From: Octopus vulgaris
Lineage: Eukaryota
Reading direction: 5' to 3'
Assembly (NCBI GenBank): GCA_951406725.2
Contig: OX597827.1
Span: forward strand, 620,001 to 684,000
DNA: 64,000 nt
Position 1 is the first letter of the stretch. Each line of letters starts with the position of its first letter. Shown here in pieces: positions 27,990 to 42,494 of this stretch. The notes beneath the pieces were generated by a model. The model was not told the origin of the DNA. It saw nothing but the letters and a program-made list of their open reading frames with translations, and made no database searches. A program made the translations under genes and the position numbers.

Positions 27990-28885
27990 TGGCTCCTTCA
28001 GCAATGCCCTTTATCTGATAACCAAGAATACAAGCCCAAAGAAGTTGCATGACTCTACTGCAATGTATCATTAGATGAAAGGATGAACCTATATGAGCAG
28101 AAGACTATGCATGGATATGTTAGTAGAAAGCTTTGTGATGAGAGTAACATTGATCATCAAAGCAGTTTATCATGGACCAATAGCCGGATTACTACCTCCC
28201 ACTTTGAAGGGTATGCGTTTGCAATCCAGGGACAGAAAATATCAACCAAGTACCTGATGTACAAAAGGGATAGAGATGCAGGTAAATCCGTAAAGTGTAA
28301 CAACTGATGCAGTCTTTGTGGAGTTCACACTGACGATATCACCCACATCATAAACAGTTGTCCGAAAATGTCATCATGGTATTATCTACTGATGAGACAT
28401 GACGTTCTAGCTAAGACACTCTATAATGAAATCTGTCGGAAGTATTATCCTGAGGACAAAGAAATAATAATCCACAATATGGTAGAAGCCATAGCCACTC
28501 ATAATAAAAAGGAATACTGGTGGAATGTACCAGTGAAGACCTCAATAAAATGCAAGAACAACAGAACTGATATAATGATTTGGGATAGAGAAGAGAAACT
28601 GTGCACAGTTGTGGAAATTAGCTGCCCAGCAGATATTAACATAAAGCTGAAGATCAGTGAAAAAGAGAACACCTCTGCTGAACTATTGAGAAATCTGCAG
28701 TTACTCAATCCAGATTACAAGTTCAGGTTTATACCTGTAATTATTGGGGCCCTGGGATTTGTAACACATTGCCTAAATACCAATCTTGAGAAAATAGGCT
28801 TCTCAAAACCAGAAAGGAGAAAACTAATTCAAAGACTACAGGAACTGTAAAAATCTGTAAAACTTTCCAGAAGTTTATCATTTAA
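27990..28885 (+). mobile_element. 5'-truncated non-LTR retrotransposon with restriction-like endonuclease (R4/Dong type), 3' fragment
   Basis: CCHC knuckle CSLCGVHTDDITHIINSCP, RHD motif, NRTDIMIWD...VVEISCP, EKE and IPVIIGALG. Contains a premature stop and a frameshift, and ends in (TA)n. Confidence 0.9.
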
Positions 28886-29154
28886 ATATATATATATATA
28901 TATGAGCATATGTAGGTATGCAACTATATGCATACACACATACACACACATACGTACATGCATATACAATATGGTCATGCTTACACACCAACACAGAAAG
29001 GTGTACAGATACACAGAGACACCATTGTGTATACACGAAGGTATATGAACAGTGATGTATATATATACATGCTTACATACACGTACATACATATATATAT
29101 GCATACATCTATATATATACATATACATACATATATACATATACATATATATAT

Positions 29155-29197
<43 letters not shown>

Positions 29198-29478
29198 CAT
29201 ACACTTACATATATATACATATATACATGCACACCTACACCCACACACTCATATATATATACATACATGCATATATACATGTATATACATACAGTCATGG
29301 TCACACACTGACAGATATATAGATAGTTAGAGACACAGCTGTATTTGAAGAAAGCCCTGTAGAGAGGGATTTTGCTGGTTATTTTTCTGCTTCCTTTACA
29401 CCGGTTTAAACAATGTTAGCAGAAAATCAGATAGAGGAAACATTTACGATATAATATATACTTTTGATAGTTCCATTC

Positions 29479-29553
<75 letters not shown>

Positions 29554-29622
29554 TGTATGAGGATATAGTTTTGCTATTTTCCGCATTCACACACACAACC
29601 ATCCAGCTACATATATATATCT

Positions 29623-29687
<65 letters not shown>

Positions 29688-30161
29688 TGTACGTATATAT
29701 TTGTGTTTATTCATGTATATATTTATCTAATACCAGTGTGTAGCAGAATTCTCATAAAATTGTCATTGCTTTTTTTTTCTTTTTGTTTATTAGAAGATTA
29801 AAAAAAAACAACATGGTGCATCAACATTGATAACAAGAACAACCAGAACAACAAATCTAATAAAAATAACAATGAAAAATAAACATAAAAAGAAGCAATT
29901 TTAAACAACAAAAGAAACACAAAAATAGAACAAAAACAGAAATGCCATTGAAGATCTTTGTTTACATGGGAATTGGTGAATAAGTTAGTGGGTTCTTTAA
30001 AATTGTCTTGTTTATTGAAATGACAGCCAATTCTTGGAGAGTAGAGTTAATTCAGGGGGAAAATAAAGCTAATGTGTATTCAAGCAATGTTATATTTAAG
30101 AAATATATGTGGATGTATCTGTCTATCTGTCTATTATTCTATTCATTTGTCTGCTTATCTA

Positions 30162-30206
<45 letters not shown>

Positions 30207-30895
30207 ATGTATGTATGTATATGTATGTATGTATGTATGTATAAATTTATGTATATATATACACACAAACATATCCATGAATATACACATATGACCTCTC
30301 CAGGGAAGCATAATGGAAATAATAATAATAATAATAATAATAACAATAACAATAATATTAATGATAATAACAACAACAAATACAAGACAAAGGAAAGCCA
30401 CTACTGAAATTTTGGGATTTTGTTTCTTCTTTGATACACACACAAGCACATACATGCACATGTGCCTGCGTGCACACACACACACACACACACACACGTG
30501 TACGTGTGTGAAAGTAAGTTAAGTAAGCATACATACATATAATATAATATATAGTATATATACATATACACCCATATACATACATGCATATACATACATA
30601 TATATATATGTTTATTTTGCATTGGCCGCGGTGGGGCTGGTTGTGCAGGTGGTATTTTTTCTATGTCATCAGAGTGTAAATACCGTTACAAATCTTATGA
30701 GTGAATTATAGTCAGTCGGATGCTGTAAAAGGTTATCTTATCCTTGCCTGACCAATTCCATCTTCCATACTTTATACACTTCTTTAACAAAATGATTTCC
30801 ATATATTTTCTTTGTTAGGCTCTGGCTTGTTGGCTGGTTGGTCAGTTGGTTTGTGTGTGTGTGTGTACATATATATATGTTTGTGTGTGTGCATG

Positions 30896-30926
<31 letters not shown>

Positions 30927-31352
30927 AAATCTGTTCTGTGTGTGTGTGTGTGTGTCTTCTAGAATCTCGGACATCCTCCATCCGATTGCGTTCAAATTTT
31001 ATACGTAGATACCGACAGTATCAGGGTGTGTATAAGTCTTGAAAAAATTACAAAAATCGATTCCAGGTGAGAATGTGATCGATAAAGTCATGGGAACATG
31101 CATTTGTATGTGCAAGTACATCAGCTGCTGCGATGTACTTACTGGTACTTTAAACTCTTTGGTTGCATATTTGTGTGAATAAAATCGTTTTTCTTCGGAA
31201 TAGAAAAAAGGTCTATCTTTATTTCTTCTTTTGCTGTTGTCTCAAATTTAGGGGAGGCCTATGGGATGGTCGGACAAGTTGTTTTGAGAAAATTTGGTTT
31301 AAATGTTTGATAACTCAGCACCGTCCATTGGATTGTGGGGGGGGCGTTTGCT

Positions 31353-31389
<37 letters not shown>

Positions 31390-32155
31390 GTATATGTATG
31401 TATATATATCTATATTTACATGTGTATACACACACACACATACAGAGTTTATGGACATATGGTCCCTTGCAGCTCTAAGGATTCTTTAACTGATATTTCT
31501 GACAATGTAGGTGCTACTTTGAACTGTCAGTCACAATAAGTGACAACTGAATTTTTCCTTTCTAGTTTTATAGTGTGTATAGCTGCCTTCATTATTTCAT
31601 ATATATATAAGAATTTTTGCCTAATAAGATAAAAAACCAAGGCTGTAGCTCTAATATCTACACAGCCTTGGTTTTTTATCTTATTACGCAAAAAATTCTT
31701 ATATACACACGCTGACATAGAACCAACGTTGAACCCTTTATTCGCAATATTACCGAATCTGGAACTTAACTATGATCTGTCTATAGCACTTATTCAGCAT
31801 TACCTGACACCTTTGGGTCTCAATGACACCACTATCTCTTATATATATATACATACATATAACATCAGTCTATGTGTCTGCTTTCTATGCAGGCATGGGT
31901 AGGAGATTTTGATAGGAAACTGGTGAGCTGCAAGGTTACTTCAATCTCCAGTGCCATCTTTGAGAGGGCTTCTATGGCTGGATGGCATTCATAATGCCAA
32001 CCTCTTAACAGGGTGTACTAAATGCTACCTTGTGTGCATATATATATGTTATATAAACATATAAAGATTATTATTAATAAAAGTAGTAATAAAAGTGGCT
32101 AGCAAGCATAAAAGAACCAAAAAGGTAAATTATTAATTTATAATCAGGGTACAAG

Positions 32156-32596
32156 ATAGTACACAGCATTGCTAGAAATAGGAGTAAGTGGCTCAAGAGT
32201 CATTTATATACACACTGGTGAGTTCAGGGAAATGAGTATATAAAAAGCCATCTTACCAATAGTGAGTAAAAATCACAAATGAGTTGCAAACGTACTCATA
32301 GCACGTGCTTTTGGACCCTGTGATAAACACTTAGTCTTCATCAGTGAGTATTACTGTCGAGGGCTAAAATATTTTCACCCTTGGCTGTAATACTCACTGA
32401 TGAAGACTAAGTGTTTATCACAGGGTCCAAAAGCACGTGCTATGAGTATGTTTGCAACTCATTTGTGATTTTTACTCACTGTTGGTAAGATGGCTTTTTA
32501 TATACTCATTTCCTCAAACTCACCAGTGTGTATATAAGTGAACTACTGTGGTTTTTGAGCCACTTGACTCTTATCTCTAGCCGTGCTGTATACTAT
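32156..32596. mobile_element. About 440-bp palindrome with two divergent hammerhead folds
   Basis: Arms of about 215-225 bp centred on aaaat|atttt at 32370/32371. The HHR-containing inner arms are near-identical and the outer arms are diverged. Confidence 0.85.
32390..32449 (+). ncRNA. Type I hammerhead-like ribozyme, probably inactivated (G12>A); identical mirror copy on minus strand at about 32293-32351
   Basis: Stem I ATACTCA/TGAGTAT; CTGATGA; stem II GAC...GTC with inner GTG/CAC; AAAA in place of GAAA; palindromic stem III A-GCACGTGC-T; cleavage triplet CUA. Confidence 0.7.
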
Positions 32597-32722
32597 ATAT
32601 TATATATAAATGTATTACAGCAGAAAATGAACAAAAAAAACATTTGGCACCATTCAAGAACATTTAATTTATAATTTATAATCTATACAAAGTGCAGAAC
32701 AGTTATGATTATTTACATAAAG

Positions 32723-32817
32723 TCTCTTACAGCTGTTTCTAGAATAACTAAACATGTGAATCATATGTTATTGAATAAAGAATTCCATGTAAACCAAATA
32801 TTCCATCATCAGAGAGA
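32723..32817 (-). ncRNA. Type I hammerhead ribozyme with intact catalytic core
   Basis: Minus strand reads TCTCT CTGATGA TGGAATA [long loop] TATTCTA GAAA C-AGCT-G TA AGAGA. This gives a 5-bp stem I, a 7-bp stem II (one G-U), a palindromic stem III and a GUA cleavage site. Confidence 0.8.
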
Positions 32818-34030
32818 GAAAAAGTATATATGGAAATGTGGAAATGTAGAGATGGTATTGGATAGTGGAGTGGTGGGATGCATGCACTTTAAGAAGAAAA
32901 AGACTTGATGGTCACCAGTGGAAAGCCTGTGCTCATAGGTCTGCTCTATCAGGGAAGACTTGGGGCTAAACAAGACCAGTGGCCATAGTAACAGTAGCAG
33001 CAGCAGTAACAACAAGAGCAACAACAACAGCAAGATCAATAACAACAACAACAACAACAACAACAACTCAAGGCTTTAATTAAATGGCAATGGGATGCTC
33101 TCCCGCTTCGTGTGTAATGTCACGCTCAGTTTTAACTGATCTGCTCTGAGTGAATTCGCCTGTTAATACCAAACCTTAAACAGGGTTCTTACTCTTTCTT
33201 TTTCCATCAACCTCTTCAGCAGGTTCCTACCAAAGTTAATTGCTATCTAAATCACTAATTATCACTAAATGCGGCCTCTTATCGTTACGTGATTTGTCTT
33301 TTCTTCAATGTTCTCCTTTTATGAGCGGACTCACTTTGACCATACTCTGAAGGATGATACTGGAAGTAGTGACCTCCAGGCAAAACTAAACACCAAACTT
33401 CAATTCTAATTGACCAATTGAAGGCATAGTAACACCAAATTTTAGTTCTACTCGACTGATTCGACAACAGATTGGATCCTCAAAAGAAATAGTAGAAAAA
33501 TGAATAACTGAAAGAAGTGCAGATAAGTTAGGGGTCAAGAAGAGAGAAGTGGGTAAAAGAAAGGGCTACTAGTTTGACCATCTGTCCATCAATTAGATTT
33601 GCTGCACTACTTCAGTTTCTTCTTGACTTCAAACGGTAATTATCAATTTGTTAAGTAGGCCATACTAATGCTACTAGTTCTACTTTGGCATTTACTAATT
33701 ATTGTTGTAAATGAAGAAGAGTGAAGAAAATAAATACCCAAATCGGAGTGTAAAAGAAATGAAATAAAACAAAATGGGTAGGAAATATCACCACCACCAC
33801 CATCATCATTATCCTCATCATCATAAACTTCATTAACCTTCTCCTCCTCCTCCTCATCATCATCACCACCGCCACCATCACTACTGCCACCACCCCCAGA
33901 ATCCCCACCACCACCACCACCACAACAACCAGCATTGTCATCAATATCATCATCATCATCATCATCATCATCGTCGTCGTCGTCGTCGTCGTCACCACCA
34001 CCACCACCATCACCACCACCCACCACCACC

Positions 34031-34088
<58 letters not shown>

Positions 34089-34750
34089 CATTACTACTTT
34101 TGTCAATTACCACCATCAACATCATAATAACCATCACTACAACATTCTCACCAAACACCATAACCAGACACCAATATACACTACCATTCCTGCTACCAAC
34201 ATCACTACTACCACTACCCCCACCACCACCACCACCACCACCATAACCATCATTAATGTCATATCCTTCACTAACATTATCATGATAACCCTCACTGAAC
34301 CACCATCATTATCTCTTCCAGCATCACCACCACCACCACCACCACCACCAAATCAGTATCATTTGTTACTCACTTCCCCCACCAGCTACCTTATTTTTTC
34401 TTCTATGCCTCTCTTTGAGGAGACAGCCTCAGCATAATTGCCCTGAGTTTCTAGAAATGCCAGCCGAATCTTTCTGAAATCACATTCTACTATCTTTAGT
34501 CAGAAGGACACATTAGATAATGTAGTCATAGAGACATTAAACTGAAATAAATAGTATGGAATGGATATGATGGAAATCTGTACTATTTATAGATGTACAC
34601 CAAGGAACAGATCTAACTTTAAGAAATAATATTCTTCACTCCTACTTTATAGAATTATATTCATATGCAATGTATCAGTTGAATATGATTTCAGTAAAAA
34701 CCTTATAGTATGCTATGCAAAGCTTGCCCACAGCTATTGGCTACCAGATG

Positions 34751-35255
34751 TAGCCCTACAGTGGAGATGCTCTTACTTTTTTTTTTGTGAATTTTCAGAA
34801 AATTTTGTGAATTTCTGTAATACACATGAAAATTCATATGATTATGAAAAACAAATCTTTAAAAAATTTTTTAACACCTCCCCTAAATCCTAAAAGTTCC
34901 ACTCTTTTTTTAATTCTTTTTTAAAGTTAGAGTTTGAAATATGGATTGTTCCAATTTTTTGCTTAAATCCCAACAAAAGACTATCCATGAGTGCATTGTC
35001 ATTCCATAAAATGTTTATGGGGAGAAAAATATTGAAAAACATCATTACATGTCAGAGTGACAAAGAAACGAGGAAGGTATCAGATGATTGTGAGATGTGT
35101 TAAAAACAACAGCAAAATCACCCTTAAATCACATATAGATACAAAAAAAAATTTTCTTAATCATATTAAATACCATGAGTAGAACACAAATTTACAAATA
35201 TTTCTGAAAATTCTAAAAGTAAAAATGTCATGAGGGTTGTTCTATGGAGGGCTTA
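34751..35255. mobile_element. MITE with about 100-bp imperfect TIRs
   Basis: agccct...gaattttcagaaa...atatgatta versus taatcatat...tttctgaaaattc...agggct. Confidence 0.6.
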
Positions 35256-35749
35256 CCCTAGAATTCTGCCTAGAGTGTTCCTTTCCCATTACTAGATCTC
35301 ACTCATCTTACCTGTCTTTCTTTGTATCTAGAATCTATCTTCCCTTGCTCTTTCTGTTTACCTGTTTTCCTTAACTATCTCTGTACTCTTTTTCTACTTT
35401 GCTAATTCGGAAAGGATCACTGCTTCCCATCAGCATTACATTCCACAGATGACTTATTCTTGTCTCTTGTTGCAACACATTCTTCATTTATGTACTTCTA
35501 TTTCCTAGATTATTTGTTTTGTAGTAATGTTTTTCTTGTTCATCCCAGAACTTGTCTTTACTTACCATCCAGTTTAGAGTCCTCTTCTCTACTTATTATT
35601 GTATCTGTTTCCTTTTTGCCTATCCACTCATCTAAATCCCAGCAGCTTTTGTTACTGACATCCCCAAATTGAAGAACATTACCATAGGTTTTGAAATTCT
35701 GGTGATATTTGGTTGACAACTGATAATTTGAGTTCATCCATCCATATAT

Positions 35750-35789
<40 letters not shown>

Positions 35790-35794
<5 letters not shown>

Positions 35795-36025
35795 GTTTAA
35801 CATCCGTTCTCCATGCTAGCATGGGTTGGGCGGTTCGACCGGGGATCTGGGAAGCCAGAAGGCTGCACCAGGCTCCGGTCTTATCTGGCAATATTTCTAC
35901 AGCTGGATGCCCTTCCTAACGCCAACCACTCCGTGAGTGTAGTGGGTGCTTTTTACGTGCCACCAGCACAGGTGCCAGGCGAGGCTGGCATCGGCCACGG
36001 TCGGATTGGTGCATTTTACGTGCCA

Positions 36026-36027
<2 letters not shown>
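35790..36027 (-). mobile_element. Interspersed repeat abutting (CAT)n, probably a retroposon 3' end; related copies at about 31860-32030 and 39870-40025
   Basis: Shared gtttaacatccgtt.tccatgct.gcatgggtt...ggatgcccttcctaa.gccaacc. Confidence 0.55.
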
Positions 36028-36065
<38 letters not shown>

Positions 36066-36163
36066 ATATATATGTTTGTATCTGTGTGTATATATATATA
36101 TGTATATACATACACAGACACTCATGCCGTACAATGTAATTGTTGGTCATGCATTTCATGTAT

Positions 36164-36400
36164 GGAGGCGCAATGGCCCAGTGGTTAGGGCAGCGGACTT
36201 GCGGTCGGAGGATCGCGGTTTCGATTCCTAGACCGGGCGTTGTGTGTGTTTATTGAGCGAAAACACCTAAAAGCTCCACGAGGCTCCGGCAGGGGATGGT
36301 GGTGATCCCTGCTGTACTCTTTCACCACTCTAAAAGGCGGTGCTCCAGCATGGCCGCAGTCAAATGACTGAAACAAGTACAAAAAAAAAAAAAAAAAAAA
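36164..36400 (+). mobile_element. tRNA-headed SINE joined to the family A 3' tail and poly(A)
   Basis: GGCGCAATGGCCCAGTGGTTAGG...GGTTTCGATTCC head; tail ggcggtgctccagcatggccgcagtcaaatgactgaaacaag then (A)n. Confidence 0.7.
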
Positions 36401-36469
36401 ATGGCTTTCATTTATTTTTAATGTTTATGTAGTTTAGTTTTCTACTTGGTACTACTACTACTACTACTG

Positions 36470-36523
<54 letters not shown>

Positions 36524-38277
36524 GTAGTTTTGTTATTGTGGTTGCTTCTTAGGTTTTCTATTTTGCTCTTCTTCCCATAAAATTTTCTTAGGTTACTTCT
36601 GGCTAAAACATTTTGCACACCCTCTCCTCCTCCTCTTTGCAGGTATAATAACTAGTTTGATAATAATAATGATGATAACAACAACAACAACAACAATAAT
36701 AATAATAATAATCATGATGATGATAATGATGATGATGATGATGATGATGACTTGAATGAGAAAATGAATTTAAAAAATCATGTTTAAGATACTTTAATAA
36801 ATGACTTTGATGAGAACAGTGGTGCTGATGAGAATGATGATGATGATGGAGATGGAGATAATGATGATGATGATGATGATGGAGATAATGGTAGTGTTAA
36901 TGATGATAGCAATTAATGTTGATAACAACTTTATTAATTACAATGAAAACATTAACAGACTCCTGCTCCTCCTTCTTCTTCTTCTCACCCTCTTTTGCAT
37001 TTCTGCCATCCTCCTCCTCCTCCTCCTCCTCACCATCATTGTCATCACCATTATCATCAGTAGTATTCACAGAAGCAACTGATGACTGTCCACAACAAAC
37101 AACGAACAATAACAGCATCAGCAGCAGCAGCAGCAACAACATCAACAACTACTACGACTACTACTACTACAACAGCAACAACAACAATGATATTTGAATA
37201 CATGTTTCTAAGTTACTATTTTGCTTGAAACTTTGACAAACTTTCTCAAAGGATAGAAAGAGAGAGAGAGAGAGAGAGAGAGGGGGGGAGAGAGAAAGAA
37301 AGAGGGGAAAGAGAGAGAGAGAGGGGAAATGAAGCTGAGAATGGTTCATTGCCTTTTTTTTTGATTATCAATGTGAAATTCGCTGCATTCTAGCTTTGCC
37401 TCACATGCTTTTTCTCACAGAAGCTAAATTACTTGTTTAATTGCTGTCATTAAGTGGGAGAATAATTAATTAAGTTGGATCTTTCATTAGAATAAAACGA
37501 AAAAATAAAAGCTTAAAAAAAATGAAAAATCCTTAAAAAAACCTAATAAAAATAAACATGAAAAATTCAGACAAAAAATTGATAATTAAAAAAAATTTGT
37601 TAATTTCAAATTTTTAAAAAATTGTTCAATTATACTCAAATTTACATACAAGTATCAACACATACACAAGTATACATAAATACACATCATGCAGATACAT
37701 ATACATACACACACTCATACTTATCTATCTATCTTTATGTAAATGCCTCATTCTTTTGTTTATCCACTCACTTATAAATGTGTGTGTGTGTGTATACATA
37801 CATATGTATATATATATATGCATACTTACAGTTATACACACATATATATATTAAGTATATAGATGCATATATATGCATATATACATACACACACATCCAT
37901 ATGTATATATATATATATATACACACACACATACACATGCATACACATACATTTACATATATGTATACTCAAGCATATACACATATGTACACACATACAT
38001 ATATACACATGCATATGCACACATACACACAGAGAAAAACCTATTTAAAATTAAAGTACTATTCATAGACACAGAACAATAATAATGAAAACAAAATAGT
38101 AATTAAAACATAATTAATATTTTTCTTATTTCTTACTGGAGTGGGATGTTGGATTGACAGAAATTCTATAAAGTCTCTCTTAACAATTTTTTCACTAATA
38201 TATTCCAAGAGAAACAAACTCAAAATTTAAAGGAGTCAAAAATCTCAGACAATTTTCTGCTCCTCTTGTTTTCCATT

Positions 38278-39100
38278 CTACGAATTGGCAGAACCATTTG
38301 GAGCATTGGATAACATGTCTTGTGGTATAAGTCCTACTGAGTCAACTTTGTCTTTCAAGGTTTATGAAAATAAAATACCAGTAAAATATTGGGCTCAATG
38401 ATATTGGCTAATCCCTCACCTCAGAATTGCAGGTGCTGGGTCAAAATTTGAAATCATCATCATCATCATCATCAACTGCAACAACAATGGGCTGGCAAAA
38501 TGCTTAGCTGTATTTTTTCTATCTTTATGTTCTGAGTTCAAATTCTATCAAGGTTGGCTTTACCTTTCATCCTTGGGGGGCGGTGGGGGGGGGGGAGGAT
38601 CTATAAAACAAGTATCATTTGAGCACTCCCTCTCTTTCAAAACTTCAGGCTTTGTGCCTATAATTGAAACATTATTAGTAGCTTTTCGTCTGTGTTCTGA
38701 GTTCAAATTCTGCTGCGACTGACTTTGCCTTTCATCCTTTCAGGGTTGATAAATAAAATAGTACAATGTCAGCATTGTAGTTCATATAATTGACTATATC
38801 CGTCCTCCAGCATTTCAAGCTTTGTGTCTATAGTAGAAAGGATTATTGTTGTTGTTGTTATTGAAGGTGGTCAGCTGGCAGAATTGTTAGCATCGTGGGG
38901 TAAATGCTTAGCAGCATTTCATTCGTTTTTACATTCTAAGTTCAAATTCTGCCAAGATCAACTTTGCCTTTCATCTTTTTGGAGTTGATAAATTTAGTAT
39001 CAGCCAAGGACTGGGGTTGATGTCATTGGTTTGACCCTACCCACAAAATTTCAGGCCTTGTGCCTATAGTAGAAAGGATTGTTATTATTATTATTATTAT
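38278..39100 (+). mobile_element. Head-to-tail array of about 4 SINE family B copies
   Basis: Same unit as in 41015-42563, separated by short triplet tracts. Confidence 0.75.
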
Positions 39101-40978
39101 GAAAAGTCTCAGCTTATTTTGCTGGGTCTGATGGAAAGTGTTATTTTGTAAGGTACAACAAAGAGAAAAATACAACACAAACTAAAGTCTAACAAAACTT
39201 CACTTTGGATGGTTGATCTACATCAGCAATTTAAACAACAAACCCCACAAAAGACAAACACAAAAAAAAACTGTTAATGAAATTTTGTAAAATAAAATGT
39301 GTATGTCATGAAGAAGAGAGGTGAGTTCCTAAATTTTGGACAGAGACAATCGTCTTTGAAGAAATGAGAAAATGTGTGTAAAAAAAATCTATTGATGTTT
39401 TTGTAATTGTTGCTTAATTGTGTTGTTGTTGCTCTGATTGTAGCTGTTTAGCCCTAAATCGAAGTGAAACTAATCTGTGATGAAAGCCAATCTAGCGTTG
39501 ACCATGATATCGTTTTCCCTTGAATGAATAAGATTCTGATTTATTCCTCCTTCTTTAACTTTCCTATTAACCTCGGCTGCTGTTGAAGGAGGTTCGGTAC
39601 TGGGGGAGCTGTTTACCCTTCCCTATCTAAATATTTAGCTCATATAGGTTCTTCTGTTGACTTGGCTAGATTGAGTGACCACAGGAGCTTCCACATTAAA
39701 CCGTGTTGTTGTTGTTTTAACTCCAGGTTAGTCTTGATTGATTAAAGCTGTGATTAAGACCATTCTAGTGTTGACCCTCCCCATCCAATTCCCCTTTTTA
39801 TATAATTCACAGATTACATTGTCAAATCATCATCATCATCATCATCACTGTCGTTGTTGTTATTATTATTTAATATCCGTTTTCCATTCTGGCTTGGGTT
39901 ACATGGTTTGATAGGGTCTAACAAGTTACAGAGTTGCATTAGATTCCAGTGTCAGTTTTGGCATGATTTCTCTGGCTGTTTGCCCTTCTTAATGCCAACC
40001 ACTTTACAGTATGTATTGGTTTTTTTTTCATGATCTTGATATTTCTAATTTTTCTCTGTTTCTTTGGTATCCACTCTACTACTAGATGGGATTGCAAAGT
40101 CAGTGTTGTTACACTGTTTGCCCTTGTTAACTTGGTAGAATCGGTAGAGCATCTGTCAAAATGTCTTTCAGTATTTAGTTATATCTCTTTATGTTATGAG
40201 TTCAAATCTTGGTGAGTTCAGTTTTGCCTTTCATCTCTCTTGGCTCATTAAAACAAGTTTCTTTTAAAATAATTCATCATTTTTAGTATCCTCTTGTGTT
40301 TCCATAAAGTGTAGTCACAAGATAAAACAATCTGGAAACTCAACATTGACCAATCTTCTTTCACTATTGGTCCCTATCTCTAGCTTTGTTAAATCTAATA
40401 TTTTAGGTCAGACCCTTATTAACTTGAAAAATGTGTGTCCCCCTACAAAGCTCTTTTGACATCATAATATATTTGTGTTAATTCAATCCAGCTGTGCCCT
40501 CTCCACAAAATGTTTCCCATGTACCAATATGAGAAGTTTGTGGGGTTTTCATGAGCTGCCCTCCGAAGCCAAGAGACTTTTGGAGAATTATTCATTGTTA
40601 TAATTTTTATTGTTTTTGTTGTACATAATGTATACATGTAAAAACCTTTGTTTCTATGTATGTATTTTCTTCTGTTTCTTTGCAAATGTCTTTTGTATCA
40701 TTCTACGTAGGCCTTTGGGGCCAATTATTGTTGTCAGCATTATTTATTATATGTTTGGCTTTTGCTTCGTATTTGTACAAGTTGACTCCAAGTCTCACCC
40801 AGAGACCTCAAGAGACAACAAGTTAGAAGTTCAAGTTGGTATTATGACTAGGGTTCCATATTTTTAGTTTTAATTTTGCACAAAATATTGTTCTAGTGAA
40901 TGTCTGTGAAAACACAAGAAAATTAGAAGTTTGTTCTAAAAGTAATTTGGTTATAATATGATAGTGTGATGTTAAGAT

Positions 40979-41013
<35 letters not shown>

Positions 41014-41014
41014 T

Positions 41015-41599
41015 GGGTGGTGAGCTGGCAGAGTCGTTAGCCTGCTGGATGAAATGCTTAGCGATATTTCACCCATCGCTACATTCTGAGTTCAAATTCC
41101 GCTGAGGTTAACTTTGTATGCCATCCTTTTGGGATCGATAAATTTAGTACCAGTGAAATTCTGGGGCTGATGTAACCGACTAGTCCACTCCCCCAAAATT
41201 TGAACTGAAAGCGTCTAAGCATTTTGTCAGATGTGTGAACGGCGGTGCCCCAGCATAAATGGCGGTGCCCCAGCATGGCCACAGCTCATGAGCTGAAACT
41301 AGAATCAATCAATCAATCAATTCTTTTAGCTCACCATCTTTACTCTTTTACATGTTTGTGCCTACAATAGAAAGGATTTATTTTTAATGTGGCAAACTGG
41401 CAGAATTGTTAGCATGCTGGGCAAAATGCTTAGTGGTATTTCACCTGTTGCTATGATCTGAGTTCAAATTCTGCCGAGGTCGACTTTGCTCTTCATCCTT
41501 TCAGGGTCAATAAATTAAGTACCAGTTGTGTATTAGGGTTGATCTAACCGACTAACCCCCTCCCTCCATATTTCAGGCCTCGTGCCTATAGTACAAAGG

Positions 41600-41658
<59 letters not shown>

Positions 41659-42116
41659 CATTAAGGTAGTGAGCTGGAAGAATCTTTAGCACTTTGGACA
41701 ATATGCTTATTAGTAGCATTTCTTCTAGCTTTTCACATTCTGAGTTCAAATTCTTCCTAGGCTGACTTTAGTTTTCATCCTTACAGGCTCAATAAAATAA
41801 GTACCATTTGATTACTGGAGCCAATGAAATTGAATCCATCCAACTAAAATTGCATGTTTTGAGTCAAAATTTTAAACCATTATTATCATTATTATTATTA
41901 AGATGGTGAGCTAAAAGAATTGTTTGCACATCTGACAAAATGCTAAGTGAGATTTCTTTGAGCTTTCAGTTCAAATTCTGCTGAGGTTCACTTTCCCTTA
42001 CATCCTTTTGGGGAAAGATAAAATAAATACCAGTTGAGCACTAGAGCCAATGAAATTGAATCTCCTGTCCCTAAAATTGGTGGCCTTGTGCCAAAATTTA
42101 AAACCATTATTAATAT

Positions 42117-42190
<74 letters not shown>

Positions 42191-42411
42191 TTATTATTAC
42201 TATTATTAATTATTATTAGGTAGTGAGCTGAAATGTTTAGTGGTGTTTTGTCCATTTTTATGTTTTGAGTTCAAATTCCGCTATGATTGACCTTGATGTT
42301 CATTCTTTTGGGGATGATAAATTAAGTACCAGTGAAGCCCTGGGGTTGATGTGATCGACTATCTCCTCCCCCCAAATTTCAGGCCTTGTGCCTATAATAG
42401 AAAGGATTATT

Positions 42412-42494
<83 letters not shown>

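Noticed and set aside
33080-33480. Non-repetitive, possibly transposon-derived segment
   Set aside because: No diagnostic protein motif or termini could be identified.
36164-36240. tRNA gene
   Set aside because: A and B boxes are present, but the stems do not close a proper cloverleaf and it continues into a SINE body and tail.
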